A stretch of DNA of 45,086 nt, from the NCBI GenBank assembly GCA_040081625.1, contig JBEBGD010000036.1, positions 1-45,086 on the forward strand, given 5' to 3'. Shown in pieces: positions 1 through 6,714 of the stretch. Source of the stretch: Chthoniobacteraceae bacterium. Lineage in GTDB: Bacteria > Verrucomicrobiota > Verrucomicrobiia > Chthoniobacterales > Chthoniobacteraceae. Below the pieces are notes generated by a model. The model was not told the DNA's origin. It saw only the letters and a list, made by a program, of their open reading frames with translations, and made no database searches. The stretch's first letter is position 1. Each line of letters starts with the position of its first letter. The translations under genes and the position numbers were made by a program.

Positions 1-52
1 TTTCCTGCAGGGGGCGCGATTTTCGGGCTTTTTCGGCGCCCCCTGCAGGAAA
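1..52. repeat. 17-bp perfect inverted repeat at the window edge
   Basis: TTTCCTGCAGGGGGCGC (1-17) is the exact reverse complement of GCGCCCCCTGCAGGAAA (36-52). Confidence 0.9.
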
Positions 53-220
53 AGGGCCGCCCCCTTCGGCAAACTGCCCGCCCCCTTTCCAAAGGTGGGC
101 ACCTCACCTCGCCAGACTCCGTGCAGGTTTTTCAAAAAACTGCGCCCCCGTTTGCGTCCTCCCACCCTCACCTCGGGAAACTCCGCGCCCCCTTCGTGGA
201 AAATCCGGCCCTCCTTGAGG
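36..220. repeat. Degenerate ~21-bp-period tandem array (possibly truncated by the window start)
   Basis: GCCCCC(T) core at 38, 59, 80, 144, 187 and GCCCTCCT at 208; CCTCACCTCG at 102 and 166; ACTCCG at 116 and 180. Confidence 0.6.
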
Positions 221-239
221 ATTCCGCCCGGCGCTTACT

Positions 240-304
240 CTGTAGCCGCGGCGCTCTGCGCCGTGCCGCTGCCTGCCGCACGGCGCAGAGCGCCGTGGCT
301 ACAG
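240..304. repeat. GTAG-type REP pair (hairpin)
   Basis: TGTAGCCGCGGCGCTCTGCGCCGTGC (241-266) pairs with 278-303 with one mismatch; related copy at 25495-25552. Confidence 0.8.
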
Positions 305-326
305 CCTTCCACGGGAGGCCGCGCGA

Positions 327-1115
327 ATGATGCCGTGGGACAGCGGCACCTGGGATTCCGGCCATTGGGATTCCGACGATTCCGATCCGAACTCGAACCC
401 GAAACCCAAAAAGAACAAACCCATGAAACATCAGGACTACTTCCCCATGCGGATTGGCGACCAGATTATCTGGCTGTCCAATTTCCGCGCCAAACTGCTG
501 CTGCACGCCACCACGCTCGGGCTCGATCCGGACGTCGTCGCCGCCATCGTGCTCGATGTGGATAACACGATCTACGCGCTCGAAAGATACCGCGCGGGCG
601 TGGCTACCTTCACCGATGCGGCCTACATGCGTGTGAAGGACGCGCTTTTCAACGAAGCGCTCCCCGGCACGATCGCGTGGCTCACCTTCGCCGCGCCCGC
701 CACGCCGCCGACGGCGGTCGCGTATGGCTGTCTCGATCGCGTCTTCGGCTTCATCTCCGGCACGCTGCGCGAGAAGTGCGACGACGCGATGGCGCAGGAG
801 TTTGGGATCGTCGGCCCGCAGCAAGCCGCGCCCGACTCCGCGACGACCGCGCCGGAGTTCACGCTGCGCATGACCGATGGCGGCAAGCTCGAAGTGGTGT
901 GGACCAAGGGGCAGTTCGACGGCGTGAAGCTCGAGTTCGACCGCGGCACCGCCGGGCCATTCGCCGACATGGACCTGCGCCCGAACTACACGCTCAACTG
1001 GCTCCCACCCGCCGGCACCGCGGTGATGATCAAGGTGCGGCTGCGGTATATCTACAAGGGCGAGGACTTCGGGCAGTGGAGCGAGTGGAAGGGCTGGACG
1101 CTGGCGGTCGCGTAA
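327..1115 (+). CDS. Hypothetical protein: N-terminal WDSG repeats, helical core, C-terminal FN3/Ig-like domain (alternative start 423)
   Basis: ORF with genome-like codon usage; MMPWDSGTWDSGHWDSD; C-terminal beta pattern LEVVWTKG...VRLRYIYKGEDFGQWSE. Confidence 0.8.
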   Translation: MMPWDSGTWDSGHWDSDDSDPNSNPKPKKNKPMKHQDYFPMRIGDQIIWLSNFRAKLLLHATTLGLDPDVVAAIVLDVDNTIYALERYRAGVATFTDAAYMRVKDALFNEALPGTIAWLTFAAPATPPTAVAYGCLDRVFGFISGTLREKCDDAMAQEFGIVGPQQAAPDSATTAPEFTLRMTDGGKLEVVWTKGQFDGVKLEFDRGTAGPFADMDLRPNYTLNWLPPAGTAVMIKVRLRYIYKGEDFGQWSEWKGWTLAVA

Positions 1116-1116
1116 G

Positions 1117-2424
1117 ATGAAGACTTCAACGCGCGCGATCATAGTCATCCTGCTCTCGCTCGGCGTGCTCGCGCACGCGCAGAACGCCGCGCCGTCTCTC
1201 GATGGCGCATTGCAGCCGCCGCCAAAGCCGAACGAGGAAATGGTGAAGTGGATCGAGACCGTGGACGCGCAATGGCAGGCGACCTTCGCGAAGGAAGTGA
1301 CCGCGCCGTTCGACGCGGAGAAGGCGAAGGTGGCGCAGCAATACAGCGCGGGCATCGAGGCGAACCTCGCGAGGGTGACCGCCGTAGGGAATCTCGACCT
1401 GACGGTGCAGTGGCGCGATGAGCGCGACCGCTTCGCCTCGGCGAAGGATGTGCCCGTCGTGGACGACGCGAGCGCGCCCGCGGAGTTGAAGCAACTCCGC
1501 GCGACATGGCGCACGCAGATGGAGCGCATCGAGAAGGACCGCGCCGAGCGCATGAAGTCGGTCCAGTCGCGTTACGATCAAGTGCTCGCGCAAGCGCAGA
1601 CAGCGCTCACGCAGCGGCAGCGGATCGAAGATGCGCTGATGGTGAAGAGCAAGCGTGATGAGGTCGCTGCTCGGTGGCTGACCGCGCCGACTGCATCGGT
1701 CAGCACGGTGTCCGTCGTTTCCGCCCCTGCTTCAGCACCCGCCACGTCCGACGCGGCTAAGGATCCCATGGCCATGCTCATCGGCACATGGCGCCTCACC
1801 AATCCGGAAAACGGTTGGAGCGGCACTCGCACCTTTAAGATCGATGGCACCTTCACGACCGAAAAAGCCAATGGCATCGGCAAATGGGAAGTCGTGGGAG
1901 ACCGAGTGAGCGTCGCGTATGCGGATGGGACGAAGGATCAGATTCTCCTGCCGCTCGATCCGAATGGCACCAATTGGATGATCAGCCGCGGAAGAACGAT
2001 CAACGCGGTGAAGGAGTCCAGCGCGGCTGCCACGTCCCCGGGACCTCGCGGTGTCGTGTCGCCGGCGAAAGCGACACCCGCTGCATCTTCGACTGCGAAC
2101 GTCGCTGCCCTCAAAGCGCTCTTCACCGGCTCGCGCTGGCAGTGGTTCGACGGCGCTGAACTCAAGGGAAAGCCGTATTGGGTCGAGTTTTACCGAAACG
2201 GCGCGATGTATTCGCAATGGGGCGAAGCTTACCACTGGGAGATCGTCTCGCCTTCCACGATCAAGATTACGGGCGGCAATTCCGGAAAGGCCGAATGGTT
2301 CCTCCTGGTGGACATGACGAAGAAAGAGGCCCGTCCCGACCCGAATCTCAATCGAACCGGCGCCCGCAGTATCCGCTACGAGAAGAGCGTGTCATCGTCG
2401 CCGCCGAAAGGTATCAAGTTCTGA
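1117..2424 (+). CDS. Secreted hypothetical protein (signal peptide, coiled-coil region, two small beta-rich domains)
   Basis: MKTSTRAIIVILLSLGVLAHA signal peptide; starts 1 nt after the upstream stop (TAAGATG); Ala/Pro/Ser linkers separate the domains. Confidence 0.8.
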   Translation: MKTSTRAIIVILLSLGVLAHAQNAAPSLDGALQPPPKPNEEMVKWIETVDAQWQATFAKEVTAPFDAEKAKVAQQYSAGIEANLARVTAVGNLDLTVQWRDERDRFASAKDVPVVDDASAPAELKQLRATWRTQMERIEKDRAERMKSVQSRYDQVLAQAQTALTQRQRIEDALMVKSKRDEVAARWLTAPTASVSTVSVVSAPASAPATSDAAKDPMAMLIGTWRLTNPENGWSGTRTFKIDGTFTTEKANGIGKWEVVGDRVSVAYADGTKDQILLPLDPNGTNWMISRGRTINAVKESSAAATSPGPRGVVSPAKATPAASSTANVAALKALFTGSRWQWFDGAELKGKPYWVEFYRNGAMYSQWGEAYHWEIVSPSTIKITGGNSGKAEWFLLVDMTKKEARPDPNLNRTGARSIRYEKSVSSSPPKGIKF

Positions 2425-2466
2425 GGCGAAGCAGTCGCCCCGATTTTCCCGCCGTCCCGCCCCGCG

Positions 2467-2501
2467 TTGACGCACTCCGGCGGCGCGTGCATCCTGCGGG
2501 T
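2467..2501 (+). promoter_or_regulatory. Sigma70-type leaderless promoter
   Basis: TTGACG (2467)-17 nt-CATCCT (2490), ATG 6 nt later, no SD; near-identical copy at 44030-44064. Confidence 0.65.
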
Positions 2502-2711
2502 ATGAGCATCACCGCGATCGTCGAGAACGACACCATCAAGCTGCCCGTTCACGTGCCGGATGGGACGAAGGTGGAGATCACGCTACCGACGGATAGCACG
2601 GCTGCGGATTTCGATGAGTGGCTCGCCGCGAGCACCGGGATTGCGAAGGGTCGCCTGACGACCGACGAGCGGATGCGGGAAACGCGAGGGGATGAGGCGA
2701 AGGGGGCGTGA
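2502..2711 (+). CDS. Small antitoxin-like protein (DUF104/AbrB-like N-terminus), no intact toxin downstream
   Basis: MSITAIVENDTIKLPVHVPDGTKVEITL pattern typical of small swapped-hairpin antitoxins; same promoter as the vapBC-like pair at 44065. Confidence 0.65.
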   Translation: MSITAIVENDTIKLPVHVPDGTKVEITLPTDSTAADFDEWLAASTGIAKGRLTTDERMRETRGDEAKGA

Positions 2712-2749
2712 GAATATTCTTGCCGTCTTTTGACGCGTTGACGTGTTCC

Positions 2750-2836
2750 GCCGCCCCGTCCGGGGCGGATGCGAATGACTGGGACGGGTTCCCCGGGTTG
2801 GCACCCGGGGCTAGTTTCCGTCAGCCCGCTGGGCTG
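2750..2836. repeat. Composite REP-like palindromic element between convergent genes
   Basis: Three hairpins: CCGCCCCG-TC-CGGGGCGG, CCCCGGGT-TGGC-ACCCGGGG, CAGCCC-GCT-GGGCTG. Confidence 0.6.
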
Positions 2837-2864
2837 TGAGGCGATTGCGCGATCCTCGCGCTCG

Positions 2865-4670
2865 TCAATTGGGCGGCGTGTCGAGTTGGGCGCGCAGCTT
2901 TTCAAACTCCGGCTGGCCGGGAAGCAAGCGCAACGCTTCGGCGAGCGCGGCGCGGGCGCCGGGGCGGTCGTTGAGTTCGAGCCGGACGCGCGCGAGCAGG
3001 TAGTGGGTCTTCGCGTCCTCGGGTTCGTATTTGAGCGCGAGCTCGAGGAAGTTCTGCGCGGTGGGCCAGAATTTCTCCTCCATCGCGACGACGCCGAGAT
3101 TGTTCCAGGCGTTCGCGTGCGTGGGGTCGAGGGTGATGGTGCGGCGGAAGAAGGCCTTGGCTTTCGCACGGTCGCCGCGCTCGAGCCAGAGGTTGGCGAG
3201 GGCGAAGTTGATCTCGGCGTTGTCTTCGACGTAGGCGTGGGCGAGTTCGAGTTCGCGCTGCGCGGTGGCGAGGTTGCCGGTCTTGAAGGCGCGCAGGCCG
3301 GTGTTGAAATGGTCGAGCGACCACAGGGCGATGTCGGCGCGGGGCCAGCTCACGAAGACGGCGGCGCACGCGGTGGCGCCGGAGTAGGCGAGCGGCTGGA
3401 GCCAGCGCGCGCGGCAGAGCCAGTCGTAGAGCGACCAGAGGCCGTAGCTGGCGAAGAGCAGCAGGCCGGGCACGGCGCAGAGGCGGTAGCGTTCGGTGAC
3501 GAAGACGGGCATGAGCGCGGCCATGTGCAGCAGCACGGCGGCGGCGATCCAGCGGGCGCGCGGGACGCGCCAGACGGCGAGGAAAAGACCCGGCAGCGCG
3601 AGCGCGGCGACGACGCCGAAGCGCAGGCCGGGCGGGACGACGCCTTGCGAGCGGAGCAGTGAGATGATGCTGAGGTCGTCGTATTGGAAGGCGTTCCAGA
3701 AGTTGACGAACTTGCGCCCGAGCAGCGCGAACCACGCGGGGCGGTCGGACTCGATCCACGCTTTCGCTTTGGCCGACCAATGCTCGGAGACCTCGGCGCG
3801 CGTGAGCGGTTTGCCGGCTTCGCGCTGGGCGAGGGTGATCGAGTCGCGCAGCAGTCCCTCCTGGCTGGCGCGAAGACCGGCGGGGATCTTCGGGTAGCCG
3901 GTGGCTTTCGGGTTGTTGCCGATCCAGTAGTTGAGGCCGCTGTGCGCGGAGAGGAGCACGGGCTCGTGCGCGACGAAGCGGTTGTGAATCCATGCGGGCG
4001 AGCAGCCGAGGAAGATGCCGGCGAAGACGAGGGCGATGTTCGCGCCGAGCGCGGGAAGGCGCGGGCGGGTGAGAAGGATCGCGACGAGCACGAGCGGCAG
4101 GAGCATCAAGACCGTGGCGACGAGCATCGAGACGACGCCGATGAAAACGCCGATGAACAGCCAGGTGCGCCACGTCGTGTTCGCGTCCGTTTTAACCAGC
4201 CACAGCACGAGCCCCCAAAACGCCGCGACCACCCACGCGGTGGGCATGAGGATGATGGAGAAGGTCTGCGCCGGCAGAAACAGCAGCCAGCCGAGCGCCG
4301 CCGTGATGGCGATGCCCGGAGCCATTCGCGGGAAAACCGCGAGCGCCAGCCGCGCGATGATGACGGTCGTGAGTGCTTCGAGCGCGCACTGCACGATGCC
4401 GACGGGCCACGGGCTGATGTCTGCGACGGAATAGATCGCCGCGAGGCAGTAGGCGTAGCCCGGCAGGCCGTAGAAGGCGTGCCCGTCGCTCCACTGGCCG
4501 CCCATGATCCGCAGCGCCCAGTCGTGGTAGAACTTCATGTCGTCGCCGTTCGGGAGGAAGTCTGGCGAGTCCGAGAATCGGGCGAGCAGGACGAGGCGCA
4601 GGCCAAAGGCGAGAAGCGCGAGGAGGAGCCAAAAGCGGTTTTCTCTCAGAAATTTGAGGACGTGTTTCAC
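2865..4670 (-). CDS. Polytopic membrane glycosyltransferase (GT-C/PMT-like) with C-terminal TPR repeats
   Basis: Many TM helices; DD motif in first loop (GDDMKFYHDWA); PGYAY; ERYR motif; TPRs (ANAWNNLG, AKTHYLLA). Confidence 0.8.
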   Translation of the reverse strand: MKHVLKFLRENRFWLLLALLAFGLRLVLLARFSDSPDFLPNGDDMKFYHDWALRIMGGQWSDGHAFYGLPGYAYCLAAIYSVADISPWPVGIVQCALEALTTVIIARLALAVFPRMAPGIAITAALGWLLFLPAQTFSIILMPTAWVVAAFWGLVLWLVKTDANTTWRTWLFIGVFIGVVSMLVATVLMLLPLVLVAILLTRPRLPALGANIALVFAGIFLGCSPAWIHNRFVAHEPVLLSAHSGLNYWIGNNPKATGYPKIPAGLRASQEGLLRDSITLAQREAGKPLTRAEVSEHWSAKAKAWIESDRPAWFALLGRKFVNFWNAFQYDDLSIISLLRSQGVVPPGLRFGVVAALALPGLFLAVWRVPRARWIAAAVLLHMAALMPVFVTERYRLCAVPGLLLFASYGLWSLYDWLCRARWLQPLAYSGATACAAVFVSWPRADIALWSLDHFNTGLRAFKTGNLATAQRELELAHAYVEDNAEINFALANLWLERGDRAKAKAFFRRTITLDPTHANAWNNLGVVAMEEKFWPTAQNFLELALKYEPEDAKTHYLLARVRLELNDRPGARAALAEALRLLPGQPEFEKLRAQLDTPPN

Positions 4671-4750
4671 AAATAGGAGAGGGGGAGGACGGGGCGGCGG
4701 GGAGTCTGACAGGTGATTTTATAGAGAATTACTAGAAACGGCAGATTGGT

Positions 4751-4766
4751 TGGCATCACCGCTGCT
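4751..4766 (+). promoter_or_regulatory. Sigma54 -24/-12 promoter of pilin gene
   Basis: TGGCATCACCGCTGCT with GG-N10-GC spacing, 65 nt before the pilin ATG, preceded by an AT-rich tract. Confidence 0.65.
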
Positions 4767-4830
4767 TAATCGTCTCTCGCCGGTTCGCCGGCATTCACAT
4801 CAAACCATAACACGCAAAAATACATCCTAT

Positions 4831-5238
4831 ATGTTGCAGAAACTGAACACCAAAACACGCGGGGGCTTCACCCTCGTCGAAATCATGATCGTGGTGGCCA
4901 TCATCGCCCTCCTGGCGGCGATCGCCGTCCCGAACTTCCTGCGCGCTCGTAAGCGCTCGCAGGCCACCCGCATCCTTGAGGACCTGCGCCTCATCGACAG
5001 CGCCATCGACCAATACGCGATCGAAACCAACAAGGCCGGCGGTGCATCCGTCAGCTGGGCTGACGTCCAGAAATACCTCAAAGTTGGTTCGGCGCTCTAC
5101 AACTCCAACCACACGGACATCCTCCAGGGTGACTACGGTGCCACCTTCACGGTGGACACCCTGCCGACCGTGCCTGCCGCGACGTTCACCGCGTTGAGCG
5201 ACGTGGCGCCGGCTGAGTTCTGGTCGCCGTTCCAGTAA
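4831..5238 (+). CDS. Type IV pilin-like protein (prepilin cleavage/N-methylation motif)
   Basis: RGG/FTLVEIMIVVAIIALLAAIAVPNF class III signal peptide with E5. Confidence 0.92.
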   Translation: MLQKLNTKTRGGFTLVEIMIVVAIIALLAAIAVPNFLRARKRSQATRILEDLRLIDSAIDQYAIETNKAGGASVSWADVQKYLKVGSALYNSNHTDILQGDYGATFTVDTLPTVPAATFTALSDVAPAEFWSPFQ

Positions 5239-5276
5239 TCAGGCGCTGGCACATCGCTAGCAACTGAATCTATCGA

Positions 5277-5315
5277 GCCGCCCGTTCCCGCGAGGGAACG
5301 GGCGGTTTTCTTTTT
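5277..5315 (+). terminator. Rho-independent terminator of the pilin gene
   Basis: CCGCCCGTTCCC-GCGA-GGGAACGGGCGG followed by TTTTCTTTTT. Confidence 0.88.
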
Positions 5316-5384
5316 ACCGCAAAGCTCCTCAGCTTTTTGTTTTCCCGCCGGGCCATTTGCCGGTAAATGCGCCGCTTCTCTTCC

Positions 5385-6620
5385 ATGCCCAAATACATCG
5401 ATATGCCAAAGCTGAGCGACACCATGACCGAGGGCAAACTCGTCAAGTGGCGCAAGAAAGTCGGGGATCAGGTCTCCACAGGCGACGTGCTCGCGGAGAT
5501 CGAGACCGACAAGGCGACCATGGAACTGGAGGCGTTCGACGACGGGGTAATCCATCAACTTCTCGTGGATGAGGGCGCGAAGGTGCCGATCGGCGAGCGG
5601 ATCGCAGTGCTTCTCGGAAAAGGGGAAGCGGCTCCGGCCAATGGCGCGGCCCCCGAGCCCGCCGCGAAACCCGCCGCCAAGCCGGCGACAGCCCAAGCGC
5701 CCCAAGCCGAAGTGACGGCACCTGCGAAAGCAGAGTCGCCGCAGACCGGTCGCACCAAGTCCTCGCCGCTGGCCAGGAAGATCGCGGGCAGCAAAGGAGT
5801 GGACCTTGCCACACTCAGCGGCAGCGGCCCCGGCGGACGCATCGTGGCCAGCGACGTGGAAAGCGCACAACCCTCCGCTCCTCGCGCCGCCACCCCGAAG
5901 GCTCCCGCTGCTCCGGCCCCCGGGCCCGGCGACCAGCGCATCGAACTCAGCGGCATGAGGCGCGTGATCGCCGAGCGCCTGCTCGTGAGCAAGACGCAGC
6001 TCCCCCATTTCTACCTGCACATCGAGATCGACGCCGGCCCGATGATGAAGACGCGCGCCGAACTCAACGCCGTGACCGAGGTCAGCGGCGGGCCGAAGTT
6101 CACCGTCAACGACTTCATCCTCCGCGCCGTCGTCGCCGCCGCGACCCGCGTGCCCGCCGTGAACGCGAGCTTCGCCGGCGACGCGATCATCCAATATGGC
6201 GGCATCCATCTCGCCGTCGCGGTCGCGGTCGAGGAAGGCCTCGTCACCCCAGTCATCCGCGACGCACAGAAGAAGTCGCTCCGCGAAATCAGCGAAGCCG
6301 TGAAAGATCTGGCGACTCGCGCGCGTTCGAAAAAGCTCAAGCCCGACGAATACCAGGGCGGCACGATCACCGTCTCAAACCTCGGCGCCTACGGGATCGA
6401 GAGCTTCTCCGCGATCATCAATCCCCCGCAGGCCGCCATCCTCAGCATCGGCGCCATCGTGAAGAAGCCTGTCGTCAACGCGAAGAACGAGATCGTAGCC
6501 GGCCAGCGCATGAGCATCGGCCTGAGCGCGGACCATCGCGTCATCGATGGCGCCGTCGGAGCCAGCTATCTCGGCGAGCTGCGCAAGCTGCTCGAGAATC
6601 CTGCGCTGATGCTGCTCTAG
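5385..6620 (+). CDS. pdhC: Pyruvate dehydrogenase E2, dihydrolipoamide acetyltransferase
   Basis: Lipoyl domain EIETDKATME; E3-binding SSPLARKIA; catalytic DHRVIDG. Confidence 0.93.
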   Translation: MPKYIDMPKLSDTMTEGKLVKWRKKVGDQVSTGDVLAEIETDKATMELEAFDDGVIHQLLVDEGAKVPIGERIAVLLGKGEAAPANGAAPEPAAKPAAKPATAQAPQAEVTAPAKAESPQTGRTKSSPLARKIAGSKGVDLATLSGSGPGGRIVASDVESAQPSAPRAATPKAPAAPAPGPGDQRIELSGMRRVIAERLLVSKTQLPHFYLHIEIDAGPMMKTRAELNAVTEVSGGPKFTVNDFILRAVVAAATRVPAVNASFAGDAIIQYGGIHLAVAVAVEEGLVTPVIRDAQKKSLREISEAVKDLATRARSKKLKPDEYQGGTITVSNLGAYGIESFSAIINPPQAAILSIGAIVKKPVVNAKNEIVAGQRMSIGLSADHRVIDGAVGASYLGELRKLLENPALMLL

Positions 6621-6714
6621 CGGCGACGCTCCCCTGAGGTCGTGCGCGCCGCGAGGACGGCGCGGCAGCAAAGTGCGGATGGCACCCCGGCAAAAGCGGC
6701 CTAACTTCGACGCC

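Noticed and set aside
2708..2839. Intact toxin gene downstream of the small antitoxin-like gene
   Set aside because: Only a 43-codon frame running through a palindromic repeat; it lacks the PIN catalytic Asp and is at most a remnant.
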